In this document: in pieces, positions 34,757-43,432 of the stretch
Numbering within the stretch: position 1 is the stretch's first letter
Layout: each line of letters starts with the position of its first letter
Source: Bacillota bacterium
GTDB lineage: Bacteria > Bacillota > Clostridia > Peptostreptococcales > Anaerovoracaceae
Direction: 5' to 3'
DNA: 43,432 nt
Assembly (NCBI GenBank): GCA_021443825.1
Contig: JABUTE010000263.1
Coordinates: forward strand, 1-43,432
The notes under the pieces: model-generated
What the model was told of the DNA's origin: nothing
Database searches by the model: none
Seen by the model: the letters and a program-made list of their open reading frames with translations, nothing else
Translations under genes and position numbers: made by a program

Positions 34757-35362
34757 ATGTCAGATTACTTTGATGATTCCATGTTTCTTTTGCTCAACGA
34801 AGACGGGCAGACTCTGGGCAGCGGAACCCTTGTGGGCCCCCTGCGCAGCGGCCGCATCGAGCTGAAGCTCAGCCCCATCAGCGGGCAGATACCAGAGGGC
34901 GAGCCTGTGATCCATATGGTGGGCATGGGCGACACCAGCCTGGCCCTGCGCTGCCGCGTGATCGGCCGTAAGGGAAGGACCCTGTTCCTGAAAAAAACGG
35001 AGCTGCTCTCGCCCGACTACCGCGAGAACCTGAGGGTAAAGACCGATTTTTGCAGCTTTCTTTATCCCCTGGACGACAGTCTGCGGGGCAGATGCCCCAT
35101 CGAAAGCAAGGATCTTTCCTGCGGCGGCATCGCCTTTTATGCCGATGAAGAGCTGCAGAAGGGGCAGATCTTCGAGATCGTGATCCCCGTTACCGAAGAG
35201 CCGATCATCGTGCCCGGAAGGCTTCTGCGAAGCCAGCAGGACGGGCAGAAGACCCTCTACGCAGCCGCCTTCAGCGACCTTTGCCACGATCAGGAACGGG
35301 AGATCCGCGGCGCGGTGTTCCGCATTCAGCTGCAGAACATGTACCAGCCCGCCAAACAGTAA
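34757..35362 (+). CDS. PilZ-domain c-di-GMP receptor, MotI(DgrA/YpfA)/YcgR-like candidate flagellar brake
   Basis: 201 aa. RxxxR motif (Y-RENLR-V) and D-x-S-x-x-G motif (DLSCGG) at PilZ spacing; an N-terminal beta-rich PilZN-like half. Confidence 0.7.
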   Translation: MSDYFDDSMFLLLNEDGQTLGSGTLVGPLRSGRIELKLSPISGQIPEGEPVIHMVGMGDTSLALRCRVIGRKGRTLFLKKTELLSPDYRENLRVKTDFCSFLYPLDDSLRGRCPIESKDLSCGGIAFYADEELQKGQIFEIVIPVTEEPIIVPGRLLRSQQDGQKTLYAAAFSDLCHDQEREIRGAVFRIQLQNMYQPAKQ

Positions 35363-35389
35363 AACCGGCCTGTTTTTGTTGCTTTTCAT

Positions 35390-35418
35390 CTTATTATTTC
35401 AGGTGCTGCTGCCGATAT
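35390..35418 (+). promoter_or_regulatory. Sigma-28-type promoter of the flgM-flgN-flgK-flgL…csrA operon
   Basis: Perfect -10 GCCGATAT (35411-35418) 54 nt upstream of the flgM start. The -35 is poor (CTTA at 17-nt spacing). Confidence 0.5.
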
Positions 35419-35471
35419 AAATAGTGATGAAACAAAGCATTGCATACACATTTTGAAAGGAGTGAGTCTCA

Positions 35472-35789
35472 GTGATCAGATCCTCTGACGGTATCAATTC
35501 CGTAAAACCGACACAACTTCCGTATGCCGCGCCCAAGCAGGCTCCGGCCGAAAAGGCGGAATGTAATAAAAAGTTCGACTCCTGGTCCGTTTCGACCTCT
35601 TGCTCCGATAAAGACGAAGAGATCCGCAAGGCTCTGATCAGCCGCATCTCCACCGAGATCAAGACGGCCACCACCACCGGCGACCTGAACCAGCTGAAGA
35701 AGCAGATCGAAAGCGGCGAATACAAGATCGATCCCGAAGCCATTGCAGGCAGCATTCTCTTTGCGATGGAGAAGACAAATGAAAGATGA
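35472..35789 (+). CDS. flgM: Anti-sigma-28 factor FlgM
   Basis: 105 aa, GTG start with GAAAGGAG SD. C-terminal …ISTEIKTATTTGDLNQLKKQIESGEYKIDPEAIAGSIL is typical of FlgM. Confidence 0.85.
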   Translation: MIRSSDGINSVKPTQLPYAAPKQAPAEKAECNKKFDSWSVSTSCSDKDEEIRKALISRISTEIKTATTTGDLNQLKKQIESGEYKIDPEAIAGSILFAMEKTNER

Positions 35790-36258
35790 TATGCACGACC
35801 TTTTAGAGGTCTTAGACGGAGTCTCCTCCGTGCTTTCCAGACTGACCGAGCTGGAGCGTCTCAAGATGCGGGCCGTCGAAAACAACGACCTGCTGGAGCT
35901 TGATTCCATCATGAACAGAGAGCAGGTGCTGGAGCTTACCCTGCGAGGCATGGAAAAGACCCGCACCACCCTTCTTGAAAAACTGGGTCTGGAAGGCGAG
36001 CCTCTCAGCCGCCTCGAAGAGCATTGCGCTCCCGAAGATAAAGAAGAGGTCAGCAGCCTGGTCAAGGTGCTCAAGGCTAAGTATGCCGAATATCGCAGCA
36101 ATGCCGATCAGGCCCGCCGCATGCTCGAAAAGGGCCTTTCCGACATCGAAAAGGATCTGCGAAGGCTGGGCGCAGCCCCTGCCGACAAGGGCGCCGGCTA
36201 CAGGGCTTCTGCAGAGCTTACCCCTCCCAAGGGCATGAAGACCGATTTCAGAGTTTAA
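35779..36258 (+). CDS. flgN: FlgN-family export chaperone (YvyG-like)
   Basis: 159 aa from ATG 35779 (GGAGAAG SD), overlapping the flgM stop. …LLEVLDGVSSVLSRLTELERLKMRAVENNDLLELDSIMNREQVL… is helical and FlgN-like; precedes flgK. Confidence 0.7.
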   Translation: MKDDMHDLLEVLDGVSSVLSRLTELERLKMRAVENNDLLELDSIMNREQVLELTLRGMEKTRTTLLEKLGLEGEPLSRLEEHCAPEDKEEVSSLVKVLKAKYAEYRSNADQARRMLEKGLSDIEKDLRRLGAAPADKGAGYRASAELTPPKGMKTDFRV

Positions 36259-36290
36259 TTCATTTCTATAAACGACAGCGAAGGTGTCAT

Positions 36291-38201
36291 ATGAGTTCCA
36301 TAGGTTCTTTTGCTTCCATGACACAGGCCCGGCTCGGCATCTATGCCGCCCAGAACGGCCTCAGTGTTACCGGAAATAATATCGCAAATATCAATACAGA
36401 GGGCTATACCCGCCAGAGGCTGGAGCAGTCCAGCTTTGCCGCCACAGGCTCCGATCGCTATTACTCCGCTACCGATGTAAAAACCGGCAACGGAGTTCTT
36501 TGCACTGGAATCTCCCAGATCCGCGACGGCTATATGGATGTTCGTTACCGCAGCCAGGCCAGCAATGCCGGCGCCATGAACGCCCGCTATACCGGCCTCG
36601 ACGGTCTGAGCGCCATTCTCGACGAGGTGGGCGACGGCGAAGACGGCTTCGGTATTCTGGGTTCTCAGTTCCAGGAGCTTTACGAAGCCTTCCAGACCCT
36701 GACCGACCAGACCGGTCACAACATCTACGACACCCAGGTCAGAGCCACCGCCCAGACCCTCACCGACACCATGCGCTCTTATGCCAACCGCCTGTCGGAG
36801 CTTTACAACAACTCCCTCACCAGCTTTAAAGAAGACATCGTGCAGGTCAACCAGATGCTGAAGAGCATCAGCAACCTGAGCTACGAGATCCGTAAAAGCG
36901 AGATCCGCGGCGACAAGGCGCTGGAGCTGCGCGACCAGCGCAACACCCTGATCGACAGCCTGTCCGAATACATCAAGATCGATGTGATCTACGAAATGGA
37001 AGACATCGGCGGCGGCGCCCAGGTCGAAAAGCTGATCCTCAAGCTGGCAGGCGCCAACCCCGATCCCTCTGTCACCACCGACTCCTCCACCATTCTGGAG
37101 GGCAGCTACTGCACCCAGTTCTCCATCCTCAGCGAAGACAACATGATGCTGGGCATCAGCGCATTAAAGGATTCCAAAGACCGGGTGCTCTACAGCCTCA
37201 CCAAGGCCGAGCCCGAGCTGACCGATGCCGCCGATTACGGCGACGGTCTCACCCGCAGCGTCTACGACGAGACTACCGACACCACTACCATCACCACCTT
37301 CGAAAAGAAGGGCGACCTCTATTACAAGCAGGTCTATACCAGAGCTCCGTCGCAGGATATCGCTCTTGACGATAACGATCTGTACGGCGCCTTCCAGTCG
37401 GCCAGAGAGATGCTCACCGAGCAGGGCGAGTTCAGCACACAGGATACCATCCTGAATATCGACGAATATGCCGACGAAAAGCGGGGCATTCCCTATTATC
37501 AGAAGGCCCTCGATCTTTTGGCAAAGCAGTTCGCCGATGCCCTCAACGCCGCCAACACCGGCTACCTGCGCAACGAAAAGGGCCAGTACATCGATGCCGA
37601 CGGCAATGCGCTCATCTTCAATTCCGCATTCCTTTCCGACGGCGATGCCCTCGACGAAGACCAGCTTGCCTACCTGAAAGAAAACGGCGTACGGCCCGGC
37701 TTCAACCTTTTCAGCACCGGCGGCGACACCGACAGCGACGAAGGACTGAATGCCTCCAACATCAGCATCTCTTACAGCTGGGGCAGCGGCAAGCATGTGA
37801 TCACCTCTTATGTCAAGCCCACCGGCATGGAGATCGCCACCACCGACAACAGCAACGTGCTCCACATGATCAGCATGTTCACCGAAGATATGGACTACAT
37901 CCCCTCGAAGGTGCAGGAGGGCAGCACCGATAATGCCATCTTCACCGGCTCCTTCATCGAGATGTGGGACAACATCGGTTTTGTATTAGGAAGCGATATG
38001 AAGATCACTTCCACCCTTTACGATAACTACAGCGCCGCGGCCACCGAGCTGGATTCCGCCAGGATCTCGGTCTCTTCCGTCGATCTCAATGACGAAGCGA
38101 TGAACCTGATGCAGTATTCCAAATCCTACAGCGCCGCCTGCCGCCTGATGACTACTCTGGACTCCCTTCTGGATAAGCTCATCAACGGCACCGCGATCTA
38201 A
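36291..38201 (+). CDS. flgK: Flagellar hook-associated protein 1, FlgK
   Basis: 636 aa. N-terminal LGIYAAQNGLSVTGNNIANINTEGYTRQR and C-terminal …SVDLNDEAMNLMQYSKSYSAACRLMTTLDSLLDKLIN. Confidence 0.93.
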   Translation: MSSIGSFASMTQARLGIYAAQNGLSVTGNNIANINTEGYTRQRLEQSSFAATGSDRYYSATDVKTGNGVLCTGISQIRDGYMDVRYRSQASNAGAMNARYTGLDGLSAILDEVGDGEDGFGILGSQFQELYEAFQTLTDQTGHNIYDTQVRATAQTLTDTMRSYANRLSELYNNSLTSFKEDIVQVNQMLKSISNLSYEIRKSEIRGDKALELRDQRNTLIDSLSEYIKIDVIYEMEDIGGGAQVEKLILKLAGANPDPSVTTDSSTILEGSYCTQFSILSEDNMMLGISALKDSKDRVLYSLTKAEPELTDAADYGDGLTRSVYDETTDTTTITTFEKKGDLYYKQVYTRAPSQDIALDDNDLYGAFQSAREMLTEQGEFSTQDTILNIDEYADEKRGIPYYQKALDLLAKQFADALNAANTGYLRNEKGQYIDADGNALIFNSAFLSDGDALDEDQLAYLKENGVRPGFNLFSTGGDTDSDEGLNASNISISYSWGSGKHVITSYVKPTGMEIATTDNSNVLHMISMFTEDMDYIPSKVQEGSTDNAIFTGSFIEMWDNIGFVLGSDMKITSTLYDNYSAAATELDSARISVSSVDLNDEAMNLMQYSKSYSAACRLMTTLDSLLDKLINGTAI

Positions 38202-38221
38202 CTGAAACGGAGGCAATAACG

Positions 38222-39256
38222 ATGGTACGTTCTACGACAAACAGTGTATTGAAAACCTATCGCTACAATCTGCAGCGTTCTTCCATCAACATGGATAGCT
38301 CCCGCGACAAGGTGCTGACCGGCAGAACCTTCGATACCTTTGCCCAGGCACCCGCCAAGGCAGCCAAGTGCTTCCAGCTGCGCCGCTCGTTTCAAACGGT
38401 CAACGCCCAGTACGAGATCGGCGAATCGGTCAGCCGCAAGTACGAGCAGGCCTGGAGCTGCATCGACGGCGTTCTCGAAACGGTCCAGAACCGGCAGAAC
38501 GACTCCGCCTTTGCTGAGATCATCAGCAGCAGCAACGATGTGACCGGTCCGGGCAGAACGGCCCTCGGCCAGTCCCTTTCGTCCATGGCAAAAGAGATCA
38601 TTCAGTCCATGAACTGCACCTATGCCGGAAGCTATGTCTTCGCCGGAGCCGACGGACTGAACATTCCCTTCACCTGGGATGACTCCGGAAATCTCTGCTA
38701 CCGTGGTGTTGCCGTCGATTCCAACGACACCACCCTCGACTACATGGCCAACGACGAAAAGCGCTATGTGGATCTTGGTCTCGGTTTAAAAGAAGAAGAC
38801 GGCAAGCTGATCGGCGCATCCGCCTTCGATTCCGCGCTGCAGGGCATTACCTTCCTGGGCTACGGTGTCGACGAAGAAGGCGACCCCAAGAACATCGTTT
38901 CCATCATTGCCCGCATGGGCGCGATCCTGGAAAACTGCTCCTCCGCCGACGGAAGCTTTGCCAGCGAAGACGACCGCACCGAATTTTACCGCCTGGCCGC
39001 AAAGTTCGACGATGCGGCAGCCAACCTGTCTGACAAATACATCGAGCTGGATACCAGAGCAAAATTCATTCAGAACAACCAGGCTCAGCTGGAAAATACC
39101 GCCTACACCCTGGAGGAACAGTTCCTCGGTCTTGAGGATGCCGACCCTGCCGAGGCGATCTCCGCCTTTACCTGGGCCCAGTATTGCTACAACACCGCCC
39201 TTAAGGTCGGCAACAGCGTGCTGTCGCAGAGCCTTATGGACTACCTGAATCTGTAA
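38222..39256 (+). CDS. flgL: Flagellar hook-associated protein 3, FlgL
   Basis: 344 aa with flagellin-like termini (…DADPAEAISAFTWAQYCYNTALKVGNSVLSQSLMDYLN), directly after flgK. Confidence 0.88.
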   Translation: MVRSTTNSVLKTYRYNLQRSSINMDSSRDKVLTGRTFDTFAQAPAKAAKCFQLRRSFQTVNAQYEIGESVSRKYEQAWSCIDGVLETVQNRQNDSAFAEIISSSNDVTGPGRTALGQSLSSMAKEIIQSMNCTYAGSYVFAGADGLNIPFTWDDSGNLCYRGVAVDSNDTTLDYMANDEKRYVDLGLGLKEEDGKLIGASAFDSALQGITFLGYGVDEEGDPKNIVSIIARMGAILENCSSADGSFASEDDRTEFYRLAAKFDDAAANLSDKYIELDTRAKFIQNNQAQLENTAYTLEEQFLGLEDADPAEAISAFTWAQYCYNTALKVGNSVLSQSLMDYLNL

Positions 39257-39289
39257 CCTGCAGAATACACCGGAGAGGAGGAACGCCCT

Positions 39290-39913
39290 TTGGACCGTCT
39301 AATTGAAATCAGAAGCGTACCCATCGAGATCGAAATGAAGATCAGCCCCGCCAGACTGGAATATACCAGAGGCACCGCCGATCTTGAAATATCAAGAGAC
39401 GAGGGCATGCTGAGCATCAAGAGCAAGCCCATCAAGGTCAATATCGACAGCTACGATGCCCGCAGCTCTGTGATCCCTTCCCTTGCCGATTCCCTTCGCC
39501 AATATGCCCAGTACGGGCGTCAGGCAGCCTACGAGGCCTCGGCCACCTATGCCACCCACGGCCAGCTGCTGCTGAAGGCGCGCATCGGCGAAGACATGAT
39601 CGCTCAGTTTGCCAGAGAGGTCACCGATAAGCATATGGAGACCAACGTGGGCATCAAGTTCATTCCTCAGGAGCCGGTAAAGCTTGACTGGGATCCTGCC
39701 GAGCTGAACATCCGCTTTGAGATGGATAAGCTGAATCTGGACTGGAAAATGAACAAGGCCCAGTTCGAATTCATTCCCGGAAATATCGAGATCAGCATCA
39801 CCCAGATGCCCGACGTGATCATCGAATACGTGGGCGGTCCGGTGATCTTTCCGTCCCCAGCCGCAAACGATTCTGAGGTGATCGACGTGATCGCCACCAC
39901 AGGAGGCTTTTAA
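39290..39913 (+). CDS. YviE-like (DUF6470-type) protein of unknown function
   Basis: 207 aa, TTG start with GGAGAGGAGGAA SD. It occupies the flgL-yviE-fliW-csrA position known from B. subtilis. Family assignment is from synteny and memory. Confidence 0.55.
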   Translation: MDRLIEIRSVPIEIEMKISPARLEYTRGTADLEISRDEGMLSIKSKPIKVNIDSYDARSSVIPSLADSLRQYAQYGRQAAYEASATYATHGQLLLKARIGEDMIAQFAREVTDKHMETNVGIKFIPQEPVKLDWDPAELNIRFEMDKLNLDWKMNKAQFEFIPGNIEISITQMPDVIIEYVGGPVIFPSPAANDSEVIDVIATTGGF

Positions 39914-40354
39914 ATGGAATTACAGACCAAACTGTTCGGAAAAATCGAATACAACAAAGACGAGATCCTGCACTTTCCTGCCGGGATCTTCGGCTTTGAA
40001 GAGGAGCACGAATTTCTGCTTCTGCCCTTCGAAGGAAGCGAAGGCGCCATGCTCTGTCTGCAGAGCATGAGCAATCCCTATCTGGCCTTTATCGTGCTGG
40101 ATCCCTTCCGTTATTATCCCGCCTACCAGCCTGCGGTCTCCGATGCCGATCGGAAGCTGCTTGGCGCAGACAGCAGCGACGAACTGTGCTATTATGTATT
40201 ATGTGTGATCAAGGATCCCGTATCCGAAAGCACCGTCAATCTCAGATGCCCTGTGGTGATCGATCCCAAGACTTCCACAGCATGTCAGATCATTATGGAA
40301 GGCAATGCCTATTCCATGCGCCATTCCATCGGCGACCCGGTGGGGGAGGTCTAA
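39914..40354 (+). CDS. fliW: Flagellar assembly factor FliW (CsrA antagonist)
   Basis: 146 aa. …KLFGKIEYNKDEILHFPAGIFGFEEEHEFLLLPF…YLAFIVLDPF… is typical of FliW. Confidence 0.92.
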   Translation: MELQTKLFGKIEYNKDEILHFPAGIFGFEEEHEFLLLPFEGSEGAMLCLQSMSNPYLAFIVLDPFRYYPAYQPAVSDADRKLLGADSSDELCYYVLCVIKDPVSESTVNLRCPVVIDPKTSTACQIIMEGNAYSMRHSIGDPVGEV

Positions 40355-40355
40355 A

Positions 40356-40598
40356 ATGCTTATACTCCAACGAAAAGCCGGTGAATCGCTCGTCATCGGC
40401 GAAGATATCGAGATCACCGTCGTATCGGTCGGCCGCGGTCAGGTCAGCCTGGCGATCGCAGCGCCCTCCGATGTATCCATCTTAAGAAGCGAGCTTTTGA
40501 AGGCAAAGGAATCCAACAAAGAAGCATCTCTTGAGGCCGCCGACGCAGCCGCCCTGATGGATCTTCTCGCTGCCGCAAAGCAGGTGGCAGAGAAGTGA
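40356..40598 (+). CDS. csrA: Carbon storage regulator CsrA (flagellin translation repressor)
   Basis: 80 aa from ATG 40356: MLILQRKAGESLVIGEDIEITVVSVGRGQVSLAIAAPSDVSILRSEL. Confidence 0.95.
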   Translation: MLILQRKAGESLVIGEDIEITVVSVGRGQVSLAIAAPSDVSILRSELLKAKESNKEASLEAADAAALMDLLAAAKQVAEK

Positions 40599-40627
40599 TT
40601 CTGTTTCACGAAAACGAGGTGATCTGT

Positions 40628-43396
40628 ATGAAACGATTCTTATCTCTTTTACTCTCTCTTGCGCTGACCGTATCGGCCTTGCCGATGGTCGTCTTTGCAG
40701 AGGAATCCGATATCACCTTCAGCGACCTTTCCGTCGACATCGCAGAGGATGCCGTCTACGGAGATCTCTGGGGTGATATCGTTGCTTTTTCCGGCGGTAC
40801 TGCCACAGCAAACGGCGAGCCGGTAGAAGGAACCTTTACTCTTAAGGATGCCGATGCGCCGGTGCCCGGTGCCGGACGTCAGGCCTGGCAGATCCTGTTT
40901 AATTCCGCAGACGGCAATTATACTGATGTGATCGCCCAAAGCGGCACCATCGAAGTCGCAAAAGCGGAGTTGACGGCGACGGTGCGCAATCTCCAGGTTG
41001 TATACGGATCGGAATCTCCCTATAATGCCGTTGATCCTTATCAAGTAGAGATCGCCGGCTTTGTCGAAGGTGATGATGAATCGGTCCTCCTCGGAACACC
41101 GGTCTATACCGGATATACCAAGGGCGACAATGCTGATGTCTATTCCATCGAATTGTCCGGCTTGTCTGCGCAGAACTATAATATCTCTTATTATCCCGGA
41201 CAATTAACGGTAGGGCCCAGACTGATCCAGATATGGAATAATTCTCTGTATTTGGAAAAGACCTACGATGGTTTATTTACCGCCGGTGCGGATATTTCTA
41301 AAACAGGTTCACTTGTCATTTCGAACAAGTACGGTTCCGACGATGTAGACATCGACTTTAACAGAAACACAGGCAATGCTGTAGTCACATTTGATCAGAA
41401 GGATGTGGGTCAGTATTCTGTTACCATTGCAGGCATGGCCCTTATCGGTGCTGATAAGGATAATTACCGACTGAATGCCACCTATGTGATGGATGATGTT
41501 TCCGGCGAGATCACTCCCGCAGACATCACCGGGGAAATGCCCCCTGCGAATAAAAAAGTATTAGCCGGCAGCGGCAGCTTTGAAGAGCCTGTTATAAAGG
41601 GCTTTGCTTCCGATCCGAAAATTTACGGTACATTTCTTTATTCCTATGGAGATATTACCCGTGGCAGCCAATCAGATGTTGAATCTGCGCTGTCCCGTCT
41701 TCCTGTCGGAACGACCGGAACCATCAACTGGACCTTTGATCCTTCTCCCAGCGATAATCTAAATAATTATCGAGGTACGGTCACCGGTTCGATCAACTTT
41801 ACCGTTGCCGAGATCCTGTTTCTCGTTGCCGGAACAGATGCGACCGTTGATAACGTCATCGATGTCAAGATCGATGCGCCGGTCTACGGCGACAGCTGGA
41901 GCAGCATTCTCGACATCGATGCATCGCATATCACGGCCCTGACCGGCGACGGAGCAGTCTCCGGAACCTATTCGCTGGATGTTTCCGGTAATCCCGGAGT
42001 CGGCACTCAGACCTATCGGTTGCTGTTCAGCGGAACTTCCGCAAGCCATACCTATACCGACATGGAAGTTTTGACCGGTTCTGTTGCCATTGCGCCTCGG
42101 CCCCTTACCGTCACCTGGAGCGGCGATGAAAACCTTGTTTACGACGAAAACCCCAAGAGCGTTACGGCAGAGGTGTCCGGAGCTGTCGACGGTGAGGATG
42201 TGACCGTATCGGTCCGCGGCGGAGACAAAATAATTCCCGGCACTTATCAGGCAACCGCCTCCCTGCTTTTCGGCCCCGGTGTAGACCCCGATAACTACTG
42301 CGTCAATGAGGCCGATCTGCGCAGATCCTATACCATCGTGCCCGGCACGATCACCGGCGATATCGGATTTACGCCTGTAAAAACAAGCGGAAAGACCTTT
42401 GCCGATCTTCAGATCAACTACGGCACCCTGGAACCTGCAAACGGAGTGCTTATCGTCACGGATGCGACGGGCGAACAGGTAGACGATTCTACCCCGGTCG
42501 AAAAGAATGAGATCTATAACTATCGTTATGATTATCCGCATTACTATACGTATTACGGCTCCTTCGTTCCGTGGAAGACGGCAAGCGGCAGCGTTTCCGA
42601 TGATTCTCAGGGAAAGAATACCCTTTCCTTTAATACCAACGGCGGAAGCGAGCTCGTTTCGATCAGCAAGCTGCGCGGAAACATCATCGATCTGGAAGAG
42701 TATACTCCTCATAAAGAGGGCTTCGAGTTCGAAGGCTGGTATTCCGATCCCCAGCTGACCAACAGGATCACCACCATTCAGCTCGGGGCGAACATGACCG
42801 TTTACGCCAAGTGGGTCGCTGTTCTGCCCGCAGGAGGCTTCTTCACCGATGTTGCTGCAGACAGCTGGTATCAGGCTTATGTAAACGACCTGTATGAGCG
42901 CGATATCATTCACGGCTTCTCAGACGGAAGCTTTAAGCCCAACAGCAGCATCACCAGAGCCCAGTTTGTGACCATTCTGGCAAATATGGCAAAGGCAGAT
43001 CTGAGCAGCTACACTGACGTAGTCTTTACCGATGTAGCAAAAGGCGACTGGTATTTCGGGGCCACCTGTTGGGCATACGAAAACGGTGTCGTTATGGGCC
43101 ATGATGACGGAACCTTCCGTCCCAATGCACCGATCACCCGCCAGGAGCTTTGCACCGTGCTCGACCGGTTTGCAGGCAATGTTATGAAATTTGAGCTCGC
43201 AAGCCCTGAAGCTGCCGAAGCCTTTGCTGACGCAGATCAGATCGCACCCTATGCGGCGGCATCTGTCAATAAGCTGAAGGCAGCCGGCATCATCAGCGGC
43301 AAAGGAAACAATATCTTTGCTCCCAACGCGCCTGCCACGAGAGCAGAGGTCTGCAAGATGGTCTCTGTGCTGCTGGACATAGTTGAAACTAGATAA
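40628..43396 (+). CDS. Large cell-surface protein: signal peptide, repeated MBG/YDG-type beta domains, a Listeria-Bacteroides (InlB B-type) repeat and three C-terminal SLH domains
   Basis: Start trimmed to ATG 40628 (MKRFLSLLLSLALTVSALPMVVFAEE). Has repeated …VYG…Y…NY…GxLTV modules and LSFNTNGGSE…EGFEFEGWYSDPQL…MTVYAKW. The three SLH units begin FTDVAADSWY…, FTDVAKGDWY… and FADADQIAPY…. Confidence 0.85.
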   Translation: MKRFLSLLLSLALTVSALPMVVFAEESDITFSDLSVDIAEDAVYGDLWGDIVAFSGGTATANGEPVEGTFTLKDADAPVPGAGRQAWQILFNSADGNYTDVIAQSGTIEVAKAELTATVRNLQVVYGSESPYNAVDPYQVEIAGFVEGDDESVLLGTPVYTGYTKGDNADVYSIELSGLSAQNYNISYYPGQLTVGPRLIQIWNNSLYLEKTYDGLFTAGADISKTGSLVISNKYGSDDVDIDFNRNTGNAVVTFDQKDVGQYSVTIAGMALIGADKDNYRLNATYVMDDVSGEITPADITGEMPPANKKVLAGSGSFEEPVIKGFASDPKIYGTFLYSYGDITRGSQSDVESALSRLPVGTTGTINWTFDPSPSDNLNNYRGTVTGSINFTVAEILFLVAGTDATVDNVIDVKIDAPVYGDSWSSILDIDASHITALTGDGAVSGTYSLDVSGNPGVGTQTYRLLFSGTSASHTYTDMEVLTGSVAIAPRPLTVTWSGDENLVYDENPKSVTAEVSGAVDGEDVTVSVRGGDKIIPGTYQATASLLFGPGVDPDNYCVNEADLRRSYTIVPGTITGDIGFTPVKTSGKTFADLQINYGTLEPANGVLIVTDATGEQVDDSTPVEKNEIYNYRYDYPHYYTYYGSFVPWKTASGSVSDDSQGKNTLSFNTNGGSELVSISKLRGNIIDLEEYTPHKEGFEFEGWYSDPQLTNRITTIQLGANMTVYAKWVAVLPAGGFFTDVAADSWYQAYVNDLYERDIIHGFSDGSFKPNSSITRAQFVTILANMAKADLSSYTDVVFTDVAKGDWYFGATCWAYENGVVMGHDDGTFRPNAPITRQELCTVLDRFAGNVMKFELASPEAAEAFADADQIAPYAAASVNKLKAAGIISGKGNNIFAPNAPATRAEVCKMVSVLLDIVETR

Positions 43397-43432
43397 AACA
43401 TCGCTTGTCTGTTCATCAAGAACAGCAGCCCT

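Overview
High-GC Firmicutes/Clostridia-like chromosomal segment; the taxon is inferred from gene content (Gram-positive-type flagellum, an SLH-anchored protein, FliW-CsrA, SigD-type promoters). Positions 1-4536 hold the 3-prime end of a family-5 peptide-binding protein gene and a four-gene Opp/Dpp-type peptide ABC importer, closed by an intrinsic terminator. After a 580-bp AT-rich non-coding region, almost all of the rest (5047-40598) is one large, nearly all plus-strand flagellar regulon. The early block runs flgB-flgC-fliE, fliF-G-H-I-J-K, flgD, TIGR02530-like, flgE, flbD, motA-motB, fliM-fliN-fliO-P-Q-R, flhB-flhA, sigma-28 and two rod genes. The late blocks are fliD-fliS-fliT-like, flagellin, flgM-flgN-flgK-flgL-yviE-like-fliW-csrA. 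A 922-aa SLH surface protein closes the window. I saw no rRNA, tRNA, CRISPR array, transposase or integrase. The most interesting content is regulatory or accessory material embedded in the cluster. (1) A class-I c-di-GMP riboswitch-like aptamer with an intrinsic terminator sits inside the operon, between fliE and fliF. (2) A SigD-type-promoter operon encodes a FliK-like protein, a free-standing paralog of the FlhB C-terminal (post-NPTH) subdomain, and a PilZ (RxxxR / DxSxxG) MotI/YcgR-like protein. (3) A divergently transcribed ComFB-domain protein lies next to fliD. (4) An orphan FtsE-like ABC ATPase with a degenerate signature motif is paired with a single-pass membrane protein, between the fliT-like gene and flagellin. 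(5) Identical AAGGAA hexaloop hairpins, candidate CsrA sites, sit in both the flagellin and fliF leaders. flhF/flhG, fliL and che genes are absent from their usual positions. All calls come from reading the sequence and the translated ORFs; no database search was run.
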